Source: Gnetum montanum (taxonomy: Eukaryota; Plantae; Gnetophyta). From it: DNA of 64,000 nt. Of the stretch, positions 39,791 through 52,547 are shown piece after piece. The notes under the pieces were generated by a model. That model saw only the letters and a list, made by a program, of their open reading frames with translations, ran no database searches and was not told where the DNA came from. A program made the translations under genes and the position numbers. The DNA is taken from positions 128,078-192,077 of the forward strand of contig MNCI01002737.1 in NCBI GenBank assembly GCA_015680685.1, given 5' to 3'. Position 1 is the stretch's first letter. Every line of letters starts with the position of its first letter.

Positions 39791-40994
39791 GTTATATTCT
39801 TGATGCTTGAGTATGTGTGTATATGTTTTATTAAGTTTGATCAAAGATAAATAAACTTTATAACTTCTAATACAACAAAAATCTAAGAGATCAACTACTA
39901 AGCACACATTGACACATCCCTAGCAATGACACCAATGATGAATGGTGGCATATCCCAACACTCTACCATACAAGTCACAGGTGTTCATGCACAACTAGAT
40001 CGTAATCCATAGATGGACAATGTAATTATGCTAGGAGTTGATGTTAATTTTGTGATTGTTGTCTTCTCACTTTGAGTTAGTAAAATCTAGATGTATAGTT
40101 TAACTTGTAATGAGGCATATGATAGATGATGTTGTAAGCATCAAATTACTCCTAGTAATAGACATGATTGAGAATGAAATTAAAATCTATGTCTAAGTAA
40201 CACAAAAATGAAAATCTATTCTCTCCTAGTAGCGATGAGTATGTGGTCCTATTTTACCAAACATGTCTTAGGCTTATATAATTGTCATTGGGACTATCAA
40301 GTGAAATCACCACTAAGTGAATCAAGTGAAACCACTATTGGGTTACCAAACAATTACACTTAAATGCTCAAAACCAATCGTACCCATTCCACTTAACTAA
40401 TAAGCATAAAAAGTAAAGCACTTTGCAATATAAATGATTAAGCTAAGAAAATAGGAAAATCATGTTAAGTAAACAGTAGAACAAAAGAACTAAAGGAATT
40501 TTGCAATGAGGTAAAATAGTCTCGATCTTTATTGCTAATCATAAACTATGCCCAAGTACAATTTACTTGAATAAAGACTTTGGTCAACTACTTAACACCA
40601 CACTGCGGGCATTCATACTATCACTAAATCTACAAAATGAAATTGCAAAAGTTTGGGTAAAGGTTGGTGAAAATTATTGTTGCTTGTGTGCCCAAGTGTT
40701 AGTATTTATAGGGTTGCATAGCTCTCGAGACATCATACCAACGATGATGTAGCATGAGCTACAATATCGTTGATACAATATCATAAATGTGATATTGTAC
40801 TTGTGAAAAAATTGGCTTTATCAATTACACTTTTAACAAAATCATTGAATAAGGTGTTTCTTGTCACCTTTCATTTATCTAGTAAAAATATCTTCTATAC
40901 TCTTTCAATGACCTTTGATGAGCGGCTAGGTACCCCTACACCCAACCATACGAATCACGAGCGTTCACGTGCGACTCGGTCAAAATCTGCTGAG

Positions 40995-42584
40995 AGCAGC
41001 TCCGACTGGGTCGCAGTGATGTTGTCCGGAAGATCGAAGACATTTGAAAACAATTGCTCGGTTCCTACCAGTCGGTCCAACATTTCTTCATGTTGGGCTG
41101 CATTAATCCTACTACGTGAAGTTTTGACCGACACCTATACATCTTGTAGTCCATGGATGTTTGGTACAGGTGCTACCGGTGCATTAAGAATAGTAGCAAT
41201 TGTGTTAGCAACCACTTCAGCCATAACTTCTTATCCTTGGTACTGCATCACCAGGACCGTTGCCCCCTCACCATCTTCCAAGCATACCGAGAAAGTAGCA
41301 ACATTCCCTGAGATTTCAAGGAATAACTACTGGGTTGCAGTTGATACATCTCAAATGCTTGGATCTGTTCTAGTTAGAATGGGTGCTTGGGTGGCAAAAA
41401 ATATTAGCCCTGCCCTTTCAAGCAAGCTGATTGATTATGCCACTTGCTCCAGGTGGCTCATGGCAAGGCGATAGACCGAAGGATTGTCTCCTCCACCAGT
41501 TTTGCTAGATTGCTCTTGCTGACTCTAGAGCATTTCTCGGATCTCTCGAATGTATTCTACTGTTGTTTGCGAGCCCGACTGCATTGTTTTTTCAAGTGGT
41601 GGAGGTGGTTGCTGCTCTTCCTCTGTCTGTGTGGCGGCAAGAGTTTTTTCTTTCATCATTTCTCGTCACGAGGCAATTGGGATGCATCGGATGATGTCAT
41701 TAGAATATCATGTTATCCCTGCCTATTTGCACAACTTTCAGATTAGGTAGGGAAAGGGGAGAGCTCGTCTTCCACATTCGTTCTTTACGAACCTCTTTTC
41801 AATCTCCAAAAACAATAGCTATGGAAGACTCATGGGAAATTTCCCACTCAAGGTGGCACACGCACGAGCAGAGAAGGCAGTGATTTTGCTGGATCTTACT
41901 GTTGGATTCAGATGGTAAGACACTATCTTTGAATAGACTCTCTTTGCCATGGTCAAGGAGCCAAATTCCTTACGCTCTACCCCATAGCACCATCTAGTCC
42001 ATTGCGCCTTCACCTCTGGATTGGCCTATTTAGGAATTTCCACCACATCTGCCCCAGTTTCAAGCAACCCCAGAGCTTACGTTATTGCTTCTGAAGAGTA
42101 AGATACATAGATGTCTTTGATTCTTACTCTTGACCCTAGTTGCCGATTTGTCCAAAAGAGATATGTTTCTCCTAAGTACCACTCACCATTGGTTGTGATG
42201 ATTGACCACATCAGAGAGTTCTGCAATTGAAGCCTCACATCTTTTGGCATGTTCTCGAGGAATGGTCCAAATTTTAACTCTTGGAGTACCATCCGTTGCA
42301 TCTTGCATGGCATGATAAACATCAAGGCAGGCTTTGGTCAAGGTAACCTTAAGCCATGGTGCTATCCCAGGAGTCTCATCCCTTAGTGATTGCATGCCGA
42401 GAATCTCCTGTTTGGGAATCTAGTGAACAAACTCCACATCAGGTCGTTTGCAGAAGGGTCCAGTTGCATGAGAACCCTCCGCATACTCTGGCGGTTGCAC
42501 ACCTCATCCCCTTCTCGTACGTGGACACTTGTCCCTTAGTTGTGATGGTTCTTCGTCCCTTGGGTGCCTTGGTTTGAGTGCCAT
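40995..42584 (-). pseudogene. ORF3 (Athila env-like/accessory ORF) of element A, 3'-truncated
   Basis: TTTTTAG|ATG at 42584. ORFs 42077..42325 and 41819..42013 read NGEWYLGETYLFWTN...SYSSEAI and KIVSYHLNPTVRSSKI...GKFPMSLP. Confidence 0.8.
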
Positions 42585-42949
42585 CTAAAAACAAACATAA
42601 CCGTTCGTTAGACCGTTCAGAAGTAGCTTAAAATGGTTTGTATATACCTTCTCAGTTTGACCAAGTTATGTTAATAGCACAAGCACATTGTTAAGTCTCC
42701 CAGAGAGTTAATTTAGGGGTTAGGGCAAAAAATTTTTTGTAATTAACAACTAATTAATTAATTAATTAATTACACAAGGACACCACCCCCCCACGACTAA
42801 GTGCATACCTCTGGGTGCATAAAAGGGCAAGGACAGGTTGATGTAGACACGCGATGGAATGTAGGTGCGTTGGGAAGGATTAGGCAAAAAAAATGGCAAA
42901 AACTCCCCTCAATTTGGACTCCAAATGATGAAAAATACAAAGCGCAGTG

Positions 42950-43050
42950 GGGTATATATATAGGGTTGGGCACTGCATCGACAAGGTCGTGTATACGCGG
43001 CTGTGTATACTCAGTGGCTGCGTATACAGGGCCTCGTATATGCAACACTG
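42950..43050 (-). promoter_or_regulatory. Putative internal promoter for ORF3 of element A
   Basis: Cluster of CGTATAC/GTCGA motifs followed by CAACCCTATATATATA; same layout as the LTR U3 (CGTATAC/GTCGAC cluster then CAACCTATAAATATA at 51830-51723). Confidence 0.55.
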
Positions 43051-44712
43051 TTCACCCGTAGACCAGCGTTGACCAACCCAAAAAATACCTGAACTGAAAA
43101 ATTTGAAAATCCAAATCGAGGCAATTGAAGCGCAGGAAAGGCCCGATCATGACGAAAGACAAGAGGAAGGGATTAGAGTGCGAAAAAGAGACAAAATTGG
43201 AAAATGGGGGTCAAAAAGAATTCGTGTGAGGATGAAATCAAACAATGGGACACTGAAAACAAGCAACCAAGAAATCCAAAGGATCAGAGGCTTAACAGGC
43301 AGAACCAGAAATATGCAGGTGGGTCCTCACCATAGCAGGCAATAGCCTTTGTAGCCCCTACATACCCTCAACACTAGGGTCCGTGGGCCTGGGTGCTGAT
43401 AAGTGGTGTCACCAGTGAAGACTCTAAACCAAGAGAACCCGCCAAGGCATGAGAGACCTACAGAAAACACGACGAACATACAAACATAAAAAGGGCAGTG
43501 AGGTGAGTACAGAGAGAAGTGGGAATGGAAGGAGAGGAGAGAATGGAAATTTCAAGTGTCAGCCACATGAAACCCTATGTACAAGCGTGGTTAAGTGACC
43601 AAGCAGAACCTTTCCGGAGGACAAACCCAAAACTATCCGCAATCAGTGATCTCACAGCGATAAACGAAATCCCGACCATCCCCGAAGGAAACAAGAATGA
43701 CCCCATAGAAAACCACCACTTCAGGAAACGTGAGAAGAGAGAAGTGAAACAGGACAAAGTTAGAGGAGACCAAGGAAGTCCCATAACTAGTGTGTGTGGC
43801 CCGTGAGAGGCGATCTAAGGAGTGTGCTTTGAATTCCCACTATGATTTGTCTTGTATTTTTTTTCTTTTTATGCGGGGGAACCACACCATGCAAAGACCC
43901 ATGCGTGTGCGCATGCATCCGACCAAGGGGTGTGCTTTGAATCCTCAGTTTATTTTTTATATTTTTTCTTGTTTTCTATTTTTTCTTTCTCTTTTTTTTT
44001 TCTTTTGAATTTTTCTTCAGTGAGGACCACACCATGCAAGGCCGAACTGCCCAAGAACTTCCTTGGAGAGAGACTAAGAGTGGTAGGAAATCTGTAAGGA
44101 CACACCAGCAACCCAAGAGACAGAACAGGACAACGAATAAAGCATTCCCCTTGAAGTCATACCCAATTCAAACCAGTAGGTCAGCCCTCAGTCGGGAAAC
44201 TACACAAGTCACACATTCATTAAAATGTTTGTTAAGTGAAGGGGTTGCATTTTCGCGACAAAAGAAAAACCATGGAAGAGTGAATGGGTGGATGACGTGG
44301 ACTCACTGCCAAGTTTATGAAGTGAAAACGACGTACAATCCAAGGACAACCATGCAATGGTGGGAACCAGATAACTAGGAACACTATTACAGTACCCATC
44401 ATAACGAAAATTGACCATGCCAAACAATATGACAACAACATGTAAACAAAAAGAACACGAAAAATGGAAAACAAAGAAGTGTGAAACAAAAAATGAAAAA
44501 CAAAAATTGGAAAACAAAAAACAAAAAATGGAAAATAAGAAGTGGAAAACAAAAAAGTGTAAAACAAAAAATGATAAAATGGTGAGGGGTGTAGTGAAAT
44601 GGATCAGAAGGGATGAGGGTCTCCTCCACGATTGGGTGGAAAGGAGGAGACGCAAAAGATGGAACGTGGATGATCGGCGGATGACGAGGCTGTGGCACTG
44701 GTTGTGTGAAGC

Positions 44713-47700
44713 TCACGTAAAGGTTTGAGTTGTTGGTGGTTGACCAACTATGTTCTGGTGGGATCCCCAGGTTTGTGAATGAGCAAGGCCCCGGATGGGA
44801 AGGTTTCGGAGACAATAAAATGTCCCTCCCATAGTGTCTGAAACTTTGTTGGTTGGGATACATGTGAGGGATTCCAATACAATACCTTGTCTCCACATCG
44901 AAATGTGACCTTCTGGATCCTAAGATCATGACGTTTCTTGTTATAGGCCTTGTGGGTTTCTTTGGAAGATAGGGCCACTAATTGGTTCTCATCTAGCATA
45001 CTTAAATTGATTAATTGTTCTCATTGTGCTAGCAATAGGTCAAGACCGAGGTCACAGGCAGTGGATAGTGTCCAGAGTTCTGCTTGGATTAGAAGTGTTG
45101 GCAACTTTCCGTACACTAACTCATAGGGAGAGTACCCTACAGGAAGTTTCCAAGTGGAGCGATAGGCCCATAAGGCATCGTTGAGCTTGGTACTCCAATC
45201 CCTCCTGTATTTGCTAATTGTTCATGTAAGGATCTTGGTGATTTCCCTATTTGTGACTTCAGCCTACCCGTTGGCTTGGGGGTGATAAGGTGTTGTGAAT
45301 TTATGTGTTACCCCTAAGCATTACATGAGTTTTCGAAAAGTGACCCCATGAAGTGAGTCCCATTATTAGAAATGAGTGCGCAAGGCACTCCAAACCTGGT
45401 AATGATTTGTTGTTGGACAAATTGTGCGGCGTTGTTGGAAGAACAGTCGATGATGGCTGTTGCGTCTGCCCACTTTATACAGTAGTCCACCACCACGATG
45501 ATGTATGCATTTCCATTTGATAAGGGGATGATGGGCTCCATGAAGTCGATACCACAGATGTCGAAGGGCTCTAGTGGCTGAATCCACTGTTGAGGTCCCT
45601 CCAACTGGGCCATCATCCCACCATCTCTTTGGCATCGTTCGCAGGAGCAGGCGAACCATTGTGCATCCCTGAAGAGTGTAGGCCAATAATACCCTGCAAG
45701 CAGGATTTTAATGGTCGTTCTACATCCAGCATAGTGGCCTCCACAAGGGCCCTCGTGAGCATCTTAGAGGACGTGCAGTGTATTAGCATCAGGGACACAC
45801 CATCGAACCAAGCCATCTGTGCACACCTTGTAGAGGTGGCCATTGATTTCCATGAAATGCTTGGCCTTATGGAGAAACTATTGTTTCTGTTGATGGTTCC
45901 ATTCTTTTGGCAACTCCTGGGTTGTAAGGTAGGTGAGGATGCGGTTGAACCAAGGAGATTCCTTGGGTGCTTGAGGATCAACAGTGCTTGTGAAGAAGAG
46001 TTCATCTGGAAACTGATCAAATAAAGGCTCCTCCTCTTTTGCATCATCCCATCATAACCAAGACAAGTGGTTAGCGACCACATTCTCAAACCTCTTTCTA
46101 TCTACCATGGTCATATCAAACTCTTGAAGAATCACCAACCACCGAATTATGCGGGGGCTCACCGTTGGTTTGTTCATTAGGAACTGTATAACACTATGGT
46201 CTGTGTGCACAAACACCTCGTATCTGAGCACATAGTGTCAGAATTTATCTAATGCGAAAACCACCACCATCAATTCTTTCTCGGTGGTGGTATAGTTCAG
46301 CTTTTGCACCCACGATGCTACGGCTTGCACAGTGGATATAATATGGACGTTTCTGATCATCACACTATGTAAGCATGGCTCCCAAGGCATAGTTGGAGAC
46401 ATCCGTCATAATGTGAAAGGGTCTGGACCAATCAGGTGCCCTTAGAACTGGAGCTTCTATGAGTTTTTGCTTTAGCTCTTGGAATGCAGAGTCGCATTCC
46501 TTGGTCCAGATGAACGGAGCGTACTTCTTTGTAAGCTCTACCAACGATCGAGCTATCTTCGAGAAGTGCTCAATGAAGCGCCGATAGTAACCAGTGTGTC
46601 CAAGGAATGACAATACATCTTTGATAGTACTTGGTTGATGAGTAATTCCTTGGATGACCCTAATCTTTTCAGGGTCTACGTTGATCCCTATTGATGAAAT
46701 GCGATGCCTTAGCACAATGCCCTCTTGGACCATCAGATGGCTCTTTTGCTAATTGAGCCGCAGATTAGTGTCTACACACCTCTTTAGGACTTGCTCTAAG
46801 CAGTCCAAAGCTTGCTCGAACGTGGCACCATAGGTGGAGAAGTCATCCATGAAGACTTCCACACCATTGTTGATTTGTTGCTGGAAGATGCTTAGGACAA
46901 CGCGTTGGAACGTCGCAGGCGCATTGCATAGGCCAAAGGGCATCTTCTTATATGCAAAAGTCCCTCATGGACTTGTGAAAGTAGCTTTGGCCTGGTCCTC
47001 TAGTGCTATTTGGATTTGGTTATAACCACTATAACCATCCAAAAAACTGTAATATTGGTGTCCTGCGATTGTGTCCAACACCTGGTCCACAAATGGGAGC
47101 GGGAAGTGGTCCTTGAAAGTTGCCATGTTGAGCAACTAGAAATCAATACAAACTCTCCACTTACCACCTTTCTTGGATACGATAACGAGTGGGCTAACCC
47201 ATTCGCTATCAACAACAAAATAGATGAATCCTGCCTTAAGTAGTTGTTCGATTTCATCTTTTACAACCTGTTTCAATTTGGGATTCAACCGTTGTTGTGG
47301 CTATCTTCGTGGATTTATGAAAGGGTTAAGGTAGATCCAGTGCTGGCAGATCCTAGGATCAACGTCAATTAGCTCAGGATAGGACCACGGGAATGCAGCA
47401 ACCCATTTGTTTGCCATCACCAACAACTTCTTTTTCTGTTCAGAAGCAAGGGTAGCATTGATAATTACCAGCTTGCCATTTTGCAAGAATGCATACTCTA
47501 AGTGAGCCGATAGGGATTTTAGCTCAAGGGGCTCTTGCTTGAAGCTCTCAGGGATCTCTAGCTTTCCCCAGTCATCTAGGTCATCAACGATGGAGGTCTA
47601 TTGATGAATCTCCTCCATCACATCCATGCTATCAATATAGGCTTGCACTAGCCCCTCAGACGGTTCCATGCATAATGTGTTGCTAGCAGGATCAGCTGTC

Positions 47701-50700
47701 AGCCACTGGGTGCCTTCTTGGTTAGTGTTTGTTGCGTACAGGCACTGTTGAATTGGTGATTCCTCGGTACACTGACTACATGCTTGAATGGATGCCCGCT
47801 TAGCAGACCATAAGTGCTGCACACAATTGCACCCCGAGTCACTGTACACGATGCATGGAACTCTTTTCTTCTCGATCTTCTTGAAAGGATTTTCCTTTGA
47901 AATTTCTAGGGACAGATCTCGGAGTCCTAATCGTGCATCCACCGTGCTTAGCCAGGCTCTCCCCATGATGATTGGGAAGTTCCCCTTACAGTTTTCAACA
48001 CGGATGACCAGGAAGTCAGCAGGGTAGGACCACCCACAAACGGTGGTCACAATGTTCTCCACCAAACCCAAGGGAACGATGATGGATTGATCTGCTAACT
48101 TGAGCCAGATGTTGCTCTTCTTTAGCCGGGGCAGGTTCCAATTCTTGTACATGTCATGAGAGATTAAATTAACCCTTGACCCTAAGTCCAGAAAAGCTTT
48201 GCACGGCTCATTCTTAGCCACTTGAAGATATATGAGGGGGCTTCCCGGATCTGTTAACTTCTGGGGGAGAGAACCTGCTTTGATCCAGTTAGTCACAGCA
48301 TGTGTGAGCATGACCGTATGGACATTGGAGTGCGATGGAGTGGAGGACTGCTCAGGCGATATGATGGTAGAGGTGTTGGTAGGTTCGAAGGCATTGGCCA
48401 CAGGAGTAGGCGAGGGTGTGTTCAGATTATTGGGCCGGAACAAAGGACGTTTGCGTGGCTTGGATTCCGATCCACTCGGCCAAGGTGCCAATTGTAAGTT
48501 AACAACCCTCGTAGCGTTTCGTTGTTGTGGCTGTGGCAGTATTTCTCCTTGCATGGATGGAGCAGGTGGCAACTGAGAGGAATGGTGTGAAGTTATGGCA
48601 GAAGAAGGTGACGGAGGGTAGAAGTGATGTAGATTTGTCCCCCTAGGTGATGGAGATGGATGTCTAAAATATTTAGGAGGTGGTAGTAACTGGGAAAGGT
48701 CGCATGACTGGAAGAGTCTCTTGGAGAGATCAGTTGCTAAACATAGTACCCGTAAGGATCTGGTTGCTTGTAAGGGTGTTGCTGCCTTGGAGGTGGCATC
48801 CCCCACACTTGTGGTTGTTGCCATTGTTGAAAATATTCATACGATTGTGGAGGCATTCCACTTGGATAATATCCTTGCTACTGCTGGTGGAATCACCTGG
48901 GGTTACCTTGTGGATAAGGTAACCTTCAGGGTGTCTGCCTCTGCGCCAAATGAGGGTTCAAGGCATAGCCCCAGACTCTTGAAGGTGGGACACCACAAGA
49001 CAACATCCTTTAGGATGTTCATAGTGGCATATGCCACATCCATCATCCTCCTTGGTGTCAGAGTCTGCAACATGTTCTGCTACAGCAACTTTTCCCTTAC
49101 CCTTATGTTGGGTACGTTCAGCTCCCTTCTTCCTGCACCGATCACGGTCACTACCCTGTTCTTTAGACTCTTTTGTAATTTTTAATACACTTTGGAATTT
49201 TTCATCCAAATAGTCCCACATTTTATCCACCTTTGTCGATATTTCAAATACAAATTTTTGTAACAACAAAGTCTTCCGATTCACCGCTGCTTCTAGTGGT
49301 GACTCATCCTCCTCTTCACAAAATCGAACCTCCCTTTTTCTAAGAGAAGGGTCCTGGTTGGATTCTTCTGCACTCTCCTTTTTTCTGAGTTCTCCTTCCT
49401 CTTTGGCCACTTGATCAATGAGGCACTACAACTGATGGGCCCGTAGCTCTGACAGTCATCCCTTGGCATACACACTAAGGGTCTTTCGTGTTTCAAAATG
49501 GAGCCCATCAATAATGTGGCGAAGCTGTGCCCGTTGAGAGCAACCATGACCAGGGCACCGATGCAACAATGAGTAATACTTGCTCATGGCGGCGTCCAAG
49601 GGTTCATGATTCCCTTGTCATTTCAGATTTGCCACTTTAGAGTACGTTTGATATTTGTCATTAAAGATTTCAAGCATCGTACTCCATCTTCTGATTGATT
49701 CCAGCTCCAAGGACCAGTACTAGCTTTCAGCTTCTTTGATGAGTGTGCGAGGGAACAGCTTCAACCATTACTAATCATTATTAATATTTTGCAGGGTGCA
49801 GGCGTCATGGAATGCCTGCAAGTGGGTCTACGAATCAAAGTTGTATCCCCCTTCAAATTTGGGGATGTTGTTCATGTCAACACGCTTGATCTGACTATCC
49901 CTCATGTGCCTACTTGGAATGTGAACTGCCTCTGTAATTTGGAGAATGCTCCGAGTAGCTAACAATGGCTCGTTTGAATCATAGTCCTGTTGGGAACTAT
50001 GACATTTGTGATGATTTCTGCTGCCCCTTCTTTCATGCTGGTAAGGGCCACGCGATTGGTCATGTGCTCCCTCACGTTGCCCCCCTCGAACCTACCTACC
50101 ATCGTCCTTTCTCTCCAGCCTTCCCTTGTGATGCTCAGAGCCTGAGCTAGATGAAGGCAAAGGAGAGGGGGAGGACAAAGAAGAAGGAGAGGCATCACCA
50201 CCACTTCGACATCAATCTCCCTGTCTACCCTGGTGACGGTCGCGGTCATCTCCTCTAGCTTTGCTACGTGACCCACCATCCCCTTGAGGATCATGGTCAC
50301 TTGGCAGTTTGTTCTGAATGACTGATTGGAGGATCTGCGACCCCAGATGAAGTTTGATCGAATGAGTATCATGAAATACGGGATCTCCATCGTCTTGTTG
50401 CCCCTGCGAGAATAAGGGGTTACTGAGATGTTTCCCCTTCTATTGTTCATATCGCTTGGCCTGCTGCTGATCTCTTGTCCGTTGAGCTTCCGTGGGACAA
50501 TAGTCTCGGTAGTCATGGTCCTCCATGACATACTCCACCACTCGATCCTAGATGCCCAGTTTGCCTAGATTGTGATATAACATCGCAAGAGCTGCTTGGT
50601 CAGGCGATAGCACGATGCTACCCTCCATGTCCCACCATCAAAGATGCTCATCCTGATGTAGGATGAATGTGAAATCAGGGACATATTCATCAGGATGTTT

Positions 50701-50784
50701 GTACACCACCCGACATTCTTGCAGCACCGATGGTTCAAATACCTCCCTCTTATGAGAAGACATATTGGACATCAGATGGTCCAT
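44713..50784 (-). pseudogene. gag-pol polyprotein of element A (gag, protease, RT, RNase H, integrase), frameshifted
   Basis: Protease AFLDLGSRVNLI; RT MPFGLCNAPATFQR and VFMDDFS; RH linker FLGHTGYYRRFI...PVLRAPDWSRPFHIMTDVS; integrase PFDICGIDFM...VDYCIKWA...IITRFGVP. Gypsy domain order. Confidence 0.95.
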
Positions 50785-52547
50785 GTAACTGGTGTACCTT
50801 TATTAATTAACTTAAATTCACCTAATGTGTGAAAATATTTCTATCCTAGGTCCAATCCAATGACTTAAATGATAATTTCACTAAAGTCAGATGATGCATG
50901 TAAGACTAACAGTCCCTGGCAACGGTGCCAATGATGAGCGGCTAGCTACCCCTACACCTAACCATACGAATCACGAGCATTCATGCGCGACTTGATCGAA
51001 ATTCGCAGACTGTAAGCACTTAACATACACCAAGCTTCTAATCAGTGAAACCTTGTGTTAGAACGGTCATTGTCATCCTAATCTCACTTGTGAAGTTCTA
51101 TTTACGATGGTTAAGTGAGACTAAGACTAATGATTTTTATATCTTTTTTGATTATCTTTTTTGGCGACTAATTGAAGTATGGAAGGTAAGGAATAAACTA
51201 TTATCTAATTTCTAATTATCCTAGTTTATATTCTAACTACTCCTAGCATAAGTATTTGGTCCGATCTTCCAAGCACGTTCTGAGCATTTCCTAACACTGT
51301 TGGGCTATTAGACGTTAAGTGCCACTAGGCTTACCAAGTGTTTGGATTACGTTCGAGATGGTCATACGTATGTCTTTAACGAACTACGAATGAACAATAA
51401 CAATTGAAATTATAATAATGAAAACATAAATAATCAACAAGTAACTAATAAAACATTAACAAGTAACTAATAAAGCATAAACATTTTAAGCTACTAAATG
51501 CATGAAATAACTAAGTCCAAATGCTGCAAGGTATGCTTGAACAGTTCGTCTTTATTGTCGTCACGCCAATGGGCTCAGATACATCAGCGCTCAAATAAAG
51601 ATTCGATCACTTTTCTTACACCTACTGCGGGCACTTGGAAAATATTCTATCTCTTGCGGGAGCAAACTGCAAGAGCTTCGCTACAACTACTCAAAAAGAT
51701 GCCTAAATGAGGCGGAAGGCCCTTATATTTATAGGTTGCGAAGGATAGCTGCGTAAATGGGGCCACGTCGACGGGCCAGTGTCGACGCGGCCGTGTATAC
51801 GCAGCCCCGTATACGCGGCCCAATCGACGCATTGACTTTTGACACTTCATCAACCTTTTAATTTATAGCATTAAGACCTAGTCCCCAAAGTGTACATTCA
51901 TATAACTCTAACATAAATGACTACTTTCTTTTTTTGAATTTGAAATTGCCTTCAACAACTTATTCTCTATTCTATTTGGAAGCTTTGGTATGCAATTAAG
52001 TTTTAGTATTGAGAGCATAATTATGATATCTCTTTAGGATTTAAATATCAAATTTTCAAAGATATTATTTCTCAGTTCCACCTTCAAGCAAAAAACCTTC
52101 TAGTGAAAACTAACCAATTAATTTGTCACTTAAACTATTAATTTTTTTTTGTTTTGAAGGCTTAAGGATGGGAAGGTTTCAACTTTTGTTGCTATTTATT
52201 CATTTTTTATAATTGAAATTTTCTTTTATCTTTAGAGAGAGTTTTTTACTTCTTTTTATAAGAAATCCTTTAGTAAAAAGTGAAAACTCATGAAGGTGGT
52301 TTTAAACAAGGGAAAGATCTAATTCTTTTCCCTTTAAGAGAGGAGGTTTTTTAGGATTAGTTGGATCTCTATTCATTTTTCCGAATCAACAATGCAAGTT
52401 TGGGAAAGGGAGAAAAAGGTTAGAACCAGAATTATCTTCATTGTGCCTTTTTTTAACTCTCATGCATGCCTATTGTGTTAGCTTATGTATATTTGAAAAC
52501 CATTATTAACTACGTTTATGTATTGGAACCCTAAAATAATTATAATA

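Larger units (their letters stand above)
29340..40823 (-). mobile_element. Athila-type Ty3/gypsy element B, old and non-autonomous (gag-protease + ORF3, no RT/RH/IN)
   Basis: LTR pair 29340-30214 and 39936-40823; TSD ATTAC (29335-29339, 40824-40828); degenerate tRNA-Asp-type PBS TGGTGTCATTGCTAGGGA next to 39935. Gag/protease is homologous to element A. Confidence 0.88.
40916..51852 (-). mobile_element. Athila-type Ty3/gypsy element A (gag-pol + ORF3); 3' LTR reduced to its terminal ~75 bp
   Basis: 5' LTR 50932-51852; PBS TGGCACCGTTGCCAGGGA (tRNA-Asp type, Athila hallmark) at about 50913-50930; TSD ACCTT (40911-40915, 51853-51857); 40916-40990 matches the LTR terminus. Confidence 0.92.

Noticed and set aside
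40770-41474. 234-aa plus-strand ORF
   Set aside because: Runs across an LTR end, a TSD and the antisense of ORF3; a chimeric shadow ORF.
44209-44929. Phe-rich or Lys-rich ORFs as a membrane or env protein
   Set aside because: Derived from the A/T-run-rich non-coding spacer after integrase.
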